Shown here: positions 1 to 14,680 of the stretch, in pieces
Position numbering within the stretch: the first letter of the stretch is position 1
Layout of the letters: each line of letters opens with the position of its first letter
Source: Chrysomallon squamiferum
Taxonomy: Eukaryota > Animalia > Mollusca
Reading direction: 5' to 3'
Assembly: GCA_012295275.1 (NCBI GenBank)
Contig: CM022668.1
Span: 620,001 to 684,000, forward strand
DNA length: 64,000 nt
The notes under the pieces: generated by a model
The model's database searches: none
What the model was told of the DNA's origin: nothing
What the model saw: the letters and a program-made list of their open reading frames with translations, nothing else
Program-made: the position numbers and the translations under genes

Positions 1-459
1 TAATCCCGCCTTCATCGACGCCATAATGTTTCGGTGGTTTTCGCATAACTAGAAAAAATCTTAATCATTAGCTCGATCGGACCACATGTCTGACCTCGAA
101 AAAGCCAGTTAAAAATGGGCCTTGTCACCAGTTTTCAGGAGCTGATATCTTGGTAACCACTGGATCAATTTTAGTGTCACTGGTGTAACTGGAAAACACG
201 AAGATACTGGGTTTAAACACAATGTCTTATTTCAAATGGACTGTCAAATTCTGTCTTCTGATTTTAAGTCTTGCAGTGTTCTTTCTCCAAAAAAATAATA
301 AATAATTAAATTAAATTAAATTTAAAAAAACACCAAAAAAACAAACAAACAAAATAAAAAACATATGCATTAAATCTTTATGGTTTCAAATATTTCAGAT
401 ATTTCTATTATATTAAATAATTTTAGACGGATGATTGGATATAGAGTTACTTTATATAG

Positions 460-725
460 ATACATACATAAATACATACATACATAGAGACATACAGATA
501 ATTAGATAGATAGATAGATAGACAGATAGATAGATAGACGGACAGACAGACAGACAGAAAGATAGGTCGACAGAAAATAGAGATAGACAAAAGCAAACCA
601 AAAAACCCTCAGATAGATAGAGAGATAGAAAGACAGAATTAAAGAAAGACGGTTGGATGGATGGATGAATAGTTAGAAACATACATACATACGTACATAA
701 ATAGATAGATAGACACATAGATACA

Positions 726-801
<76 letters not shown>

Positions 802-862
802 TAGATAGATAGACAGATAGATAGATAAATACATGGATAGGTTCATACATATATACATAGAC

Positions 863-936
<74 letters not shown>

Positions 937-948
937 GTAGATAGATAG
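460..948. repeat. Compound (GATA)n/(GACA)n/(CATA)n microsatellite
   Basis: Tetranucleotide runs seen directly; they produce the LSIY/LSVC repeat ORFs in the track. Confidence 0.95.
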
Positions 949-1080
949 GTTTTCCTGGTAACATCGTACGCCTTCGGAGCGCGGGCGAATGGGTGCCATA
1001 GATCGAGCCTCGTCAGCGGCATCATCCTCCGCAGGTGCGTTCCCGAATATTGTCTACGTGCAGAGTCTATTCAGACGTAG
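949..1080 (-). mobile_element. Possible 3' end of a 5'-truncated non-LTR (RTE-like) retroelement ending in a (TATC)n tail
   Basis: Isolated GC/CpG-rich 130-bp island next to the tetranucleotide array. The minus strand reads ..VDNIRERT.. and ..RLDLWHPFARAPKAYD, reminiscent of RTE ORF2 C-termini. Recalled resemblance only. Confidence 0.3.
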
Positions 1081-1810
1081 ACAGAGAATATTCAAAATCC
1101 TAGACTACATACATACATACATACATACATACATAGACAGGTAGATATGTAGATAGGTAGATAGATAGGTAGGTAGGTAAGCAGGTGTGCATTGTCTATA
1201 TTGTATTTATATATATATAGAACTGAATGTGATATAAATACAATAAATAGAATATAAATGAAAATGATAAAATAAAATAATTAACATCGAATTGAAAATG
1301 ATAAAATATAATAAACAGTATAGAACTGAATATAATACGTTAAATAAAATAAAACTGAACAGAACAAATGTAACTTAAAGACACTAAATAGTTAGTTTGG
1401 ACTGAACAAGAGGCTGTTGGTTCTGACAAAGATTTCAGTTTAATCATACGCTACACCTCCCGCCAGGTGGCAGCTACTGGTTATACACTGAAAACAGTTA
1501 ACTGACAAACACATAACACAGTTTATATTATTATTTCACTCAGTATTTCATTTTGTTAATTATTTTTATGTAGCTTCTCATTTTTCTAACAACTCTCATA
1601 TTATTATTACCATCCGTCTGTCTAAAAGTTATTACATCAAGGACAAATGAAAAGTCAGAATAAATGGATTATTAATTTTGTATTAACTGCCATTAGATAC
1701 AGATATTTGTACATATGACATACAATAAGCTAAACAAACCTGTTTATGTGTTGCACAGAACTGACAGAAAATACATCCATTCTGATAAAATATATGTGAT
1801 CAAATCAGTA

Positions 1811-1900
<90 letters not shown>

Positions 1901-1946
1901 GTATTTGACGACGATATCGGGCTTCTTTACGACGTCAGTTACATTT

Positions 1947-2096
1947 TTAACTGTATTTGCGTTTCTTGTCTGTACTGCTATTACAACTAACAGTAATTAA
2001 CTGTATTTGCGTTTCTTGTCTGTACTGCTACTACAACTAACAGTAATTAACTGTATTTGCGTTTCTTGTCTGTACTGCTACTACAACTAACAGTAA
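1947..2096. repeat. 50-bp tandem repeat, 3 copies
   Basis: TTAACTGTATTTGCGTTTCTTGTCTGTACTGCTA(T/C)TACAACTAACAGTAA at 1947, 1997 and 2047. Confidence 0.95.
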
Positions 2097-2681
2097 TAAC
2101 TTTTGTTATTACTGTTAGTTGTAGTAGCAGTAATAGTAGTAATAGTAGTAGTTGTTGTTGATGTAATAATAGTAGTATAGAATATTGTTGTTCTAACTTA
2201 GTACACTTTAACACACAGCTATATGCATACAGATAAAGAAACATACAAATTCAAAATGATGTCCTTAATGAAACATTAATAATTGTATCTTTACCACAGT
2301 AATCGAAAACACATTACTAGATTAAAAATTGTTGTTGATGTCTTTAACCTCGTCACTCCGTGGTTTCTGTTACACTTTAGGGTGCGATATCCGGATATTA
2401 CAGCTACTTCCGGTTTAACTACACCCGAGCGTACTCAGGTTTTCAGCCGGAAGCAATTTAAAATTCGGAAGTTAGACACCAATTCACTGAGATTCCATAC
2501 TGAAGAACGTTTAGACGAGAGAAAAATCGAATTGTTTTCATTTCATTTGTGTTAGACTGTACAGTTTTAATAGATTGTTCACTGTTGCTTGAATTACCGG
2601 TTTGTTTTGTTGATCGGTGACTTTGATGAAGAAAACGTTAATAAGAAAGAAGTCAAGGAAAAAAGAACATATATATATATA

Positions 2682-3362
2682 CAGTATTCCCTCGCTATTC
2701 GCGGGGGTTACGTTCTTTACCCCACCGCGAATAGCGAAAAACCGCGAATATTGGATGCAGTTTTAAAACGTCTATTATGAGATTATATACGGTACTAAAT
2801 GCTTCCCAAACACTTTCTAAAGACACTCTTACTCATTAATACAGTAATAAAGTAATATTGCATGCAGTTATGTATTTCACTAATGTAGTAATGATAATGT
2901 AAACACATTTTAATTTTGTACTGAAACAATATTTTAATCAGAAAGAAACGTAAGTACAGGAGGACAGTAACACCGCATAGCATAGTTACCCATACTGTAT
3001 TACTGCACCGTAAAGTCATTTTCTATGCGTACAACATATGTATTAGAATTGACAGAAAGTGGAACAAATTTAAAGGCAAAACAGACAGATAAATACAGTG
3101 CAATTAAAAACATTATTAATACACGGTCACAAAAAATATGCACTGTATATACAGTGTATGCATTTATAAAAAAAAATACGTACTGTATTGCAATAATAAT
3201 TGAAAAAATTTGATATTGTTTGTGCGGTTTACCGAGCATTTGTTTTTATGACGTTATGACGCTCGCCTGGTATACCAGCATACAATGCGATAGGGTTAAG
3301 AGCCTAACCCGCGAATATACGGGGCCGCGAATGGGGAACCGCGAATAGGTGAGGGTATACTG
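2682..3362. mobile_element. Tc1/mariner (pogo/Tigger-type) non-autonomous DNA transposon (MITE)
   Basis: TIRs CAGTATTCCCTCGCTATTCGCGG ... CCGCGAATAGGTGAGGGTATACTG, flanked by TA on both sides. Subterminal CCGCGAATA repeats at both ends. No transposase ORF. Confidence 0.9.
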
Positions 3363-3393
<31 letters not shown>

Positions 3394-6300
3394 TATGTAT
3401 GTATTATGTATGTATGTTTATATATAAATATGTGTGTATGTCTGTGTATGTATGTATGTATGTATGTATATATATATATACACACACAATAAATGCTCTC
3501 TCTCATTTTCATGCACAAAAATATATTGTGAAATCTAACTTACTTTAATATTAAATACATAATTTCATTAATAAATAATTATTATTTTAATAATTACGAT
3601 TATTGTTTTGGGATTAGTTTCTCTTCTTTTATGTTATGAAAACATTATTTAAATTAAGGGGCTTTTCTTTAATCCATGTAAAATACAAGCTTTTAGAACT
3701 CTAATCCCAGTCTCTGGCTGCTAAACAATGGTAAAGGAATTGTGCACACGCCTGTGCATGCTCAGCATAGACATCATAACTAATTTCCGCTGTCATTTCA
3801 GCAGCACCAGTATAATATATTTATATGGCATCAGATTTCCTCTACACGTCAAAGAGCACCATTTAACGCGTGTTTATAACTGACGGTTAGTTTTTTACAT
3901 AGGTCATCTTTTATGTAACAATTTCTAGAACGTGCGATATATTTTTATACATAAACGCCAGCTCACTGAAATGTTATCATGAAAATGTGAATTTGATTTA
4001 ATTTTGCCACAGAATCTTGTCTCGAGAGTGAAATTAAGTGAAAAATAAATAATGTATGTGTTGTCAGAGTTAGTAATTACAGTCACAGGATGACAACAAA
4101 TTATTTGAAAATAATAAAATTAACTCTTTATAATCGATAATTAAAGAGAAAGTAGAAAAAAAGTACACTACTAGAAACGATACCAACAAACCGAAATTGT
4201 TTTGCAAATTGGAGCGGATATTAACCTTTTGTTAGATCGCTGGTTGGGACATGATGCACACCATTTACACGCACTCATTAAATTATTCACCGTTCCAACC
4301 ATTAAATCACGAGTATAATTTTAAAAACCTTATTGTATTTTATTCCATAAGGAAGGTGAATAACAAAGATAAAATACGGGAAGCAGAAAAAAGAAATGCT
4401 TGAAAAACAACCGTGATAATAATAACAGTGATACACAAACTGGTAACGTCTTGAAAATTACGCCCGCAGTGTGATCTGTTTAGGATTCGCTAGTTACGTC
4501 TTTCTTTATTTAAACATACCTATATATTTAATCCATAAATACTTACTTTACTTATTCTTCCTTTTAATAAAGCAATCGTCCGGGTATTTTCGGAAATATT
4601 CGGAAATTATCTGAAATAACTATTGTAGGACAAAATCATGCCATCAGTAAAATGCTTTCCAAATTAATTTCATTTTCATTTTTGATGAATACTGCGTCTT
4701 GTTTGTCTATTATTTTAATCATACGTCATTATTACTGTCATTTACCAGTGCACACCTCCCTAGGGTAACAGATTTTTCTTTGTTTATCGCATTTCAGATG
4801 ACACCGCTTACAGTCTACAAAAAAATAAAAAAATAAAAACCTAACAAAAAGGATATTACTTTGTGCAGTCTTCTTAGTCTGGATCCATTGTAAATTATGG
4901 ACCTTCATCATTCTTTCATTTTTTTTTTTTTTTTTTTTTTTTTTGGTTTTTTTTTTTTTTTTTTTTTGTTGTTGTTTTTTTTGCAGCCTAAACTGTACAG
5001 TGAGAAAATATATATATATATATATATATATATCTGGTACAATTAACAGATCAGTTCTCAATACAGTACATTATTAAAACTTTTACGATGGTTTGTAAAT
5101 ATAGTGTTCATTTGTACTGGTGTTTGTAAGTGGAACATTTGCAACCCGAATTGATTTTTTTGTTGTTGTTTTAATGAGGTTCAAAAGCAATAGTAAACTA
5201 CGTTTTACAACAAACTCAAATTAAATTTTAAACGATTTCCTGAGAAATAGTCACGTGACCAGCTGTTGATAATGCACGTTGAATCAGTGTTAACTTTTTG
5301 CATGGACCTATTAATTCCATCACTTAACTGGTGTCTATTTAGCGCTGCCTCATGTGTTTCCGTGAGTTCATGACCGGCGAACTACCATACAAGTGAAAGA
5401 CGAATTGAACACAACTGTCAGCCGACGTCTAACAAAATGTCAAATTACGGCTACACAGAGTCGATCTTGAGTTAATGACTAGCTATGTAGAAATAGCTTT
5501 CTTCTAGTAACTAGTACAAAGCGTAGAATTTTTTTTGTTTTGTTTTTGTTTTAATTGAATAATTATTATTATTGATATTACTTGTATTTAATTATTGCTT
5601 TTGTTATTATTAATCTTGTTAATGTCTTTATTGTTCTTGTGTTGTTGTAATCGTTATCATCATCATCATTATTAATATCGTTTACAAAATTATCTATATT
5701 AGTAAGTAAGTTTATAAACATCAGTTTTGTTAAATTATTGTCAAAATATAAGTGTGTATTATTAAAGAAAAACTATACATTTTTTTTTTTTTAAAACTAC
5801 TTTCCATACGCCACATTACTTCTAAAACGTGTTATGTAATATGATGTGGCACAGCAGTAGTATTTGCTTTAGTCTAAAATGGCGTTATAATTTAATGCGC
5901 GTATCAAAGCGGACGATCCGCTGAAATGTTTATTATCAGTTACTATGTGTATTCAAGCGTATTGAATTTTTAAAATAAGTAAAGAAAGAATTTGTGTTTT
6001 AACATGAATAGAAAAGCATAAAATATTAATATGCGGATTTAAAAAGTAAACGGAGAAAGAAAAAATATTTGTGTGTGTTCAAACTATGACGTCAGAAGTG
6101 TAAAACTTGGAGCTTTACCAAATCAAATCTGAAATTTTGTTATTTAAAACGTGCTTTTGTGTCACATAAGTTTACATTAGCTGTGAGTTGTACAGAATTT
6201 AAAATAAAATTTACACACAAACATGCACACATAAATACAAATATACATACAAGAAAGCTGGTATATAGTAGTAGTAGACAGGCGATTATGGAATAGACTA

Positions 6301-6635
6301 ATTCAATAAATGAAGTGGAAAAACCGTTCATTCATTGTAGTGATTATACTGATTTTATTTTTTTAAGCATTTATTGAGGTGGCATTCATTAATTCGTAAA
6401 AGTTATATATTAACATGAATGCAAATTAGCAGTAACAGTTATTAATCACATTCAGTGCTCAAAATGCAGCCGACTTTGCAGCGTTCAGCGCACAGGTCAC
6501 TCGCTCGCTGAACGTTCGTCCCTGGCAGACTAAACTACGCGCGTCACCTGAATTCGGAACAAATTTCAAAGCGACTCCCACGTTTGCAGCAGTGATACTG
6601 CCATGAAAGTGCATGATTCACATATACATATACAC

Positions 6636-6735
6636 ATCATGTACAGTTACGTTTTTCTGTTTGTATATATATATATATATACACACACATATACATATAC
6701 TTATATACAAACAGAAAAAAGTAACTGTACATGAT
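6636..6735. repeat. ~34-bp near-perfect inverted repeat (hairpin) around a TA/CA microsatellite loop
   Basis: ATCATGTACAGTTACGTTTTTCTGTTTGTATATA ... TATATACAAACAGAAAAAAGTAACTGTACATGAT, one mismatch. Confidence 0.9.
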
Positions 6736-7315
6736 ATAGTCATACACACATTATCCAAAATTAGAGAAATGAAAAATTAATACATCTTCATGAAAACATT
6801 GTCTTCGATATTTTGGTTATGGTTCACTCCTCGCAGATGCATTTCATGCAGGGTGCACAATTTTGTCTTTGTCTGTTTTGGGGCCACATGGCCTTCACAC
6901 ACGCTGTTTTTGAAAATGGTTTCTTAATGATCTGCAACTGTGAAAAACACGTCTGTTTAACGGAACACGAAGTTTACGTCATGCCACTTGCGGCCGTACG
7001 CGTGTTATGACGTCAGCTAGATAACCGAATTCGGTTGGTTCATCTACGAAACCCCTCCCAGACTGCCAGTTTAACAGCTTAAAGCATTCCTGAATTAAGA
7101 CCATTAAGTCCCAGAACCATACGGAATCGGTTCCGGGAACACAACATACGGCCCCGACGTCAGCCGTTTTGAAGGCGGAAGTGTGACGGTTTGGGTGGTA
7201 TCACATCTCACAGATAGACCCAACTTGTTATTTTTAATGACACTGAGATGACATCATTCGATGTAGTTGTTGTTGATATTCTTCACTGGCCACCTGTTTC
7301 TCAAGACATCTAACC

Positions 7316-7633
7316 CAGGGGTTTTCAAACTTTGGTCCGCGGACCACAGGGGGTCCGCAAGTACAAGACAGGGGGTCCGTGGACAGCGAATACTTTTTAT
7401 GGGCAGTTTGATTTTATATATGTTTTTTAATCGAAATCTTTTTTCTTATATTTGTAAATGTGAGCGCATGAAATAATAGGTAAATAATTTTGTAATATAT
7501 CCTAATATATCCTAAATAAATGTAAAAATATATGTTATTTTAAGCAAATATTTATTATAAATTTCATAAGCGTTTATAAGGTAAAGCCTGAAATATAAAG
7601 GGGTCCGCAAGTCAAAAAGTTTGAAAACCCCTG
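7316..7633. mobile_element. hAT (Charlie-like) MITE, 318 bp
   Basis: TIRs CAGGGGTTTTCAAACTTT ... AAAGTTTGAAAACCCCTG. Perfect 8-bp target-site duplication ATCTAACC (7308-7315 and 7634-7641). Internal GGGGTCCGC repeats. Confidence 0.95.
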
Positions 7634-8868
7634 ATCTAACCAACTGAATATGTCAGGGTGGAAATGGAACGACGTTTACGTTGTAACAACAATCAGCCCG
7701 TAACGCTTGACCAGTTGGAACACGTTTTGACTGAGATGTGGAAATCCATCTCAAAAGTCTTCTTCAGCCGCCGTTGCAAGCCTGTACCAAGCTAATAGAG
7801 CCACACACAATACTGACTCTCTCAATTAACTTTTGGCAGAGTGTCTAGCATTAAATCAATGATTTTTAGTTTACATTTTCAATAAATAAACATTTATAGC
7901 AGACTGCCAAACATCACCTTGTTATTTTCTAAACAAATATGTGTATATATATATACATACACACACACACACACAAACAAACACACACACACACAAGAAC
8001 ACACACACACACACACACACAAAAAAACACACACACAAGCACACACACACACATAGAAAAAGTAACTGTGCTTCATAAACAGAGCTTTAACATTATTCAC
8101 TCATATAAACAGCAATCACCCAGTCTGTATGATTCACTCATAGTTATGTTAACTTTGCACTCTTTCCCAGTTTTCAGATGAGTTGTGATTACGGAATACC
8201 CGTGTCAGTGGAGCAGACCATGAACTCCCACTGCCGTCAGTCTTTTCAGGCGTCCGGCAAAGTGGGCGTGGACCGTAGTGATACAGAAACATACCTCTTC
8301 ACTGATATTATTTTAATTATTTTTTCTTTTTTTTCATTTTATATTGTCATAATTATTATTGATGGTATTGCTGGTAGTGATGGTTGTGTTGTTGTTGTTG
8401 ACCATGAAGGTCAGTGAGAAAGCACAATGTTTCCAGTGATCTTTTATATATTCGTTCCCGTAGACAGAAACAAAATAGAGAACCACTGACTTATTGATTA
8501 CTAGGCTCTGAATAAAATGAATAAAATGATAGAGATAAAATAAATTATACCTCTTTACCTGCCTGTCTTTATTTGTGTGTGTGTGTATGTGTGTGTGTGT
8601 GTGTGATTGTCTGTCTGTATCTATCTATCTATATGTATCAGGTTCTCTGAATAGGATCGTGAGTTCTAGAATATGTCAGTTCTCAGTAAGAAATGTGTTT
8701 CTAACAGTCTGTGTAGATTACATGTGTACGTTTACTCAATAACTGACACTGAAAATGACCTTTTCAGATTTGTACTTTTGTTTTTATACAAGCAAAATCA
8801 ACCAACCGTCACAGTCGAAGGAAAAACAATCGAATTAATTTCCTTTTTGTCTTCTTTTTCTTTTATTA

Positions 8869-8905
<37 letters not shown>

Positions 8906-9414
8906 CAAAGAAAAAATTACTTTGTTTCCTTTTCTATTCTGTGTTGTCGCTCCAACTTCATCATCATCATCATTGTTACTACTTGCTCTATCGTCACTAT
9001 TATTTTTCTTAGTTCAACATCTGAACTGAACTGAACTTTAATGTCTATACCATTTGAGGATATTTACATATAATAATTAACATAATTTTAACTAATAAAA
9101 CATCAAACACATAATTATGTTCTAATAACGGTGACAATCACGATGATGATAATATTACTAATAGTAGTCGTGGCATCGTTATTAGAGCATAATTATATGT
9201 CTAAAAATGTATGTAACTTTCGTGCTGAACAAAATTAAACTAGATTAAAATACAAACCGCTAGCAAGCTCGAGAAAACAAAGAGGTCACTTTTCACGATG
9301 ACTGTTGTAAAATGATTTCGTTTAATTTCCCGTCTGCTCTTCCGAGTCGATCGAATTCCAAAATCTTTTTCCTGTTTATAACGAAACGAAAGGTAAACAT
9401 AAATTAAAATGTTC

Positions 9415-9500
<86 letters not shown>

Positions 9501-9889
9501 TTATTATGAAAGAAAATTATTATTCCTTTTGTTATTCCTTTATTCTTACTTGATTGTTATTTTTTATATATTGTTATTAACTAAATAATAAATAAATAAA
9601 TAAAAAATACATCGCTTTAACGCAAATGGATTTTTTAATAGAATAAAGCGCTGACGTCAAAGTATTGTTGACGTCATACAATAACTATAGAGAAGCATGG
9701 AATGCAAGTTGCTTATTGTTGTTGCAGTTGTTGTTACTTTTGTTGTTACTGCAGCTTTCAATGAAGGGTTATTATTTATAAAGTATAATAATATTATTTT
9801 GTTTGTTATTATTATTATTGCTGTTGTCTGTGTTGTTTCTGTTTTTACTGATATGGCTATTCTTTTTCTAGTTGTGATTGGTAGATTGT

Positions 9890-9921
<32 letters not shown>

Positions 9922-10466
9922 ACTTATATTACAGAAAATATAAAATCTATGCCAAGTAATTTTATAACCACCATTATAATCTTAATTTATTTTGGTTTTC
10001 TCGTTTTATCTGAATGGAAAGAAATACTCATTTATTTCCTTGTAATACAGAAACTTATTAAGAGCAAGTGTCCAACCCGATACAAATCTGCTTTGTAATC
10101 TCCTTGAAGTCTATATTTAGAAAAATTGATGCACTTGTCGCATGCTGATTGGCTGTAGAAGCTGATTGTTTTGACGAATTGTCTTGGATATCGTACATCT
10201 CATAATAACATAGTCTCTGTTGTTCTAGTCGCATCTCCACTGTCGGGTAAGATAAAGATAATCGAGACTGATAAAGTAAATTGCAGACGAATTTAATTTC
10301 GTTCATTCTCGTCACCAGTCGATATTGTCAGTCGTATTTTTTCACGATTCATTCGGGGTTTTCCGTAACGATCGTGATATTTTAAAAAGCTGATTAATCC
10401 AGCCTTTGGGAGAAGTAACATTAAGGTGTGTATGTTCAATGAAGGAGAGAGAGCGTATGGGGGAGG

Positions 10467-10564
<98 letters not shown>

Positions 10565-11151
10565 CTGAACAAATCAAGTCTTATAATCAGATCTGGTTAT
10601 AGTAAATACTTGTGGTTATTGAGCGGCTGCGGTCAAATGCTGGGATGCTGGGTATTATAATATTGCTTGGTTCGACCAGTTCGGTTCAGATAATAAAAAA
10701 AATAATAACAATAATCATAATTTTAGAATTCTGATCTCTCTTGTTTTAAGTCTAGGACCGCTCCCGATTAATGTGACACAGAGATAACATTAATACGCTA
10801 CAATGATAAAATTAAGCACTATATAGATAACATTTATAAGCTACAAAGATATCATTCAAGCGCTATAGGTTTACATTATCATTGCGTCTGATCAGCGGCA
10901 CGCAGTAAATTGTCGTACTCTGGAGTATTGTATAGAAAATATTATCAGATTTCTATTTTACCTGATAGCATTGTGCGGAATGAGTCTGTTCGTCGATATG
11001 TGTGTGTGCGTGCGTGCGTGTGTGCGTGCGTGTGTGTGTGCGCGCGCGCGCTTTATGGTCTGTGTTTTTGAGAGAAAAGGAGGGAACGAAAGATTGAAGG
11101 AAAGAAATAAAGAAACAAAGACAGATAGTAAAATAGATAGATAGATTAGAT

Positions 11152-11211
<60 letters not shown>

Positions 11212-11297
11212 CTGAGAGAGAGAAAAAGAAACATTATATAGGTAGACAGAGATACTCAGTCAGACAGACAAACCAAAAAATCTAGATAAATGGCAGA

Positions 11298-11440
<143 letters not shown>

Positions 11441-12068
11441 TGTTAGTATGATTTTCCTACACACAGCTTCATATTTGCCGTATTTTTGGATAGCCACGAT
11501 TACATATGTGCATATATAATTACTTGTACGTGTGTATTTGTATATTTACATGTATACTGGGATTGTTTATCTGTTATCTATAAAAGACTGAAATATTGTC
11601 GATTTGTCAATATTTATCAAACTTTTTTTCAATGACTGGCAGGTTTCTCTCCAAGACAAGTGCTGTGTTTATTTATGAACATTGATTTTTGTTTGCTTTA
11701 GGAAATATGTAATTTTATTCCATTAATAAAAAACGTTCTCTCAGCAATTAAGAGAGATTCTTGACATATAATCAATTCTCACACAAATTGTTCTACTCCA
11801 TTCCCTATTCATTTCAAAAAAGAAAAACAAAAGAACTATTTTACAGTGGCCATTGAAGAAACAACATATATGCTTAAGTGTTCAGTTTATTATATATATA
11901 TATATGAATGTATGTATGTATATATGTATATCTATTAATTTATCATTTTGTGAATTCAGAATCTAGATGAAATTAATAAACAAAAGAGTACTAACAAAAG
12001 TATGTTTTTATTAGTAGTAGCGGTAGCAGTAGTGGTAGTAGTTATTATTAGTAGTAGTATTATTAGGC

Positions 12069-12980
12069 GATCTAAACGCCGGAATAAAGGCTTTGTGACT
12101 AGGTTTATTGCAATTGTGACTAGGTTTTTGTTTAACAATAATAAAGAGACAATGGGACAAATGTAATAATGTTAACGTCTAACATTGTGATACAAATGTA
12201 TCTAAAATTTGAGAGAGAGAGAGGGGGGAGAGGGGAAGAGGGGGAGGGAGATAAAATGTGTGAATTTTATCACAGGCTGAGTAGGTTAAGTAACAGAATT
12301 GCGTGCATGCACTTAAACAGGAAATAAGAAAAGAAATGAATTTAATTGCTGGAAACACGGTTAAAATTAGAATTGAAATAAATAAATAAAGATAATCAAA
12401 ATTAGATTTGCTGTAATTGTTTATTCTCACGAAAAGAAAGGCTAACAACCAATGAAAATGGAGGTCAAATTACAACAAACAGCCATTAACACGAAAATTA
12501 CATCTTGCAGTTATTAACGTACAAATTACGTCACGTAGTCATTGACACTTGATACTGGAGTAGCACTAATTAAATGAAATAAGACATTTAGTCAAGTCCG
12601 GTTACTCTAACAAATAGAATTACCCATAATCCCACTGCGATGTAACAACTTCCGCAATGAAGCAGAGACATTATTGTGACCAGAAAAGGATAGAAGCACG
12701 ACTTGTAAAGTGATACGATTTAGGACTGGCATCGCGCCGATCAACAAAATTAATTTTACAAATTACTATGGAAACCCGGTGGTGCAATAAACCACTACAA
12801 ACGCACTCACAGAGCAATTATCATTTCATCGCTTAGTGATTAATGAAGACGGGAGATCTAAACGCCGGAATAAAGGATTCGTGTCAGTACATGAATGTAA
12901 TTTTTACAATTGTGACTGGATTTTTGTTTATCAATAATAAACAGACAATGGGATATGGGTAACAATGTTAACGCCTAATG
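12069..12980 (+). repeat. Dispersed ~120-bp direct repeat (about 12069-12185 and 12855-12980)
   Basis: Both copies read GATCTAAACGCCGGAATAAAGG...CAATTGTGACT..TTTTTGTTTA.CAATAATAAA.AGACAATGGGA...AATGTTAACG.CTAA. Confidence 0.85.
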
Positions 12981-14367
12981 TTAAAATAGTTACATCAACA
13001 ATGTGAATCTGATTTAGATATACATTTCGTATAATAATTCACATTAACAGTGTGTGAATTTGAAAAATATATATTTTGTTTTAATTTATTGCATATTTTT
13101 TCTTCTCTCTTTCTCTCTCTCGTTTTAATCATCGAACACATACAAAAATAAAAAAATAAACAAAACTAAATAAATAAAAATATCTTGTGGACGAACCATT
13201 TATAGGAAAATGATATTATACATTTTCCTAAAGATTTTATTACTATAACAATTTTTAAAAAATCACACCTTTCTAGAAACTGCTATAAATGTGAAATTAT
13301 GTAAATGAGTAGCGCTTATATCAAATCCTACATACAAGGCACAGAAGATTAATAACATGTTTTTAATACACAATGCTACGGTATGTATGATAACGTCAGT
13401 ATGATGATATCTAACTGTAAAATTTAAAGCTAAAAAGATATAATATAATACTTATATTACAGATATCACCAAATCAACGCTTTTATTGACCTTTCTTGTT
13501 AACGATGGTGATGAGTATAATAAAACAAACCACTAGAACAACAACAACAATAATAATGACAATAACAGTAAGTTATAAAAGTAAATTTGCATACATAATT
13601 ACTTTATTTTGTTCAGTTTTAATTACATATTTTTATTTGACTGAACATACAGTTTTTTTTTTTTTGTATTCCTGTCATAATAAAAAAAAAAAAAAAAAAA
13701 AAAAAACAGTGTTTTGAATGAATAACAATCATAATAATTACAGTAGTTTGATCTTTTGCAAAAACACTCTTCGAATTATTGCTAAAACAGATTAACACAC
13801 TTCCGTTTTCAATAACGGACATGCATCCGCCATGAAGCAAGTAGTTCGTGCGTAAACCATTTTACGTGCTCCGTTTGAAGTCAAACCATCCCCGAGACTA
13901 CAAAACGGTAGTATTGTATGGTGTTTTTGTCCAGTAAGAACTCGCTGCCATTACTTCTTTAGAAAACCTAAATATTTCAACTAATCAAGTGATGATAACT
14001 CTAATTCTGTTCAGACTCAAATCAGTGGTGGCGCAATTACGTCCAGGTTTCCCAGTCCGCGCTGTAGTTGACTCTGTGAGGCTACACTTAAACGCCGCCG
14101 TGTCTGTCATCCTGGCCAGCTTAACGAATCCATCTTTTGGAAACTCGAGCAAACTTCACGGTTTGCAAGTTAGACTTGTTTAATTTTAGCCTACTGATTG
14201 TCACGTCTTTTTCAATTAGACTTAAAAAAAATTGACGAGTTCATCAAAGGATCAAAAATGTTTAATGTCAAAACCATTTACTGCTAAACTGCCGCAGGTC
14301 TATGTGTTAGAAGAAAGCTTTGCTGACTTCAGAATATTGCTGAATTAGTTTCTGTGTAAAACATTGT

Positions 14368-14680
14368 TAAGTATAACATATTACTAAACTGTATAAAGTG
14401 TTACTAAGTTGTAAGAGGACTAATTATAATATTTCACTTAGTTATGAAAGGTTTTAAAATAATGTAAGAGATCTTAGAATAATGTATTACTAAGTATAAA
14501 GTATTACCTAGTTTGTAGAGGAAATAAGTGTAACGTACTACTAAGTTAGTTGTAAAAAGGTATTAGAATAATGTATTACTAAGCATAAAGTTTGTAGAAG
14601 AATAAGTATAATGTACTACTAAGTTGGAAGAAGACTAAGTATAACGTATTACAAAGTTGTAATAGGACTAAGTACAATGA
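14368..14680. repeat. Degenerate minisatellite built on TAAGTATAA(C/T)GTA(T/C)TACTAAGTTGTAAGAGGAC
   Basis: Recurring taagtataa..tattactaag..gtaagagga units with indels. Confidence 0.7.

Noticed and set aside
1041-1056. 16-mer TCCCGAATATTGTCTA shared with ~54978-54993
   Set aside because: A single 16-nt match is expected by chance in a 64-kb self-comparison, and the flanks do not align.
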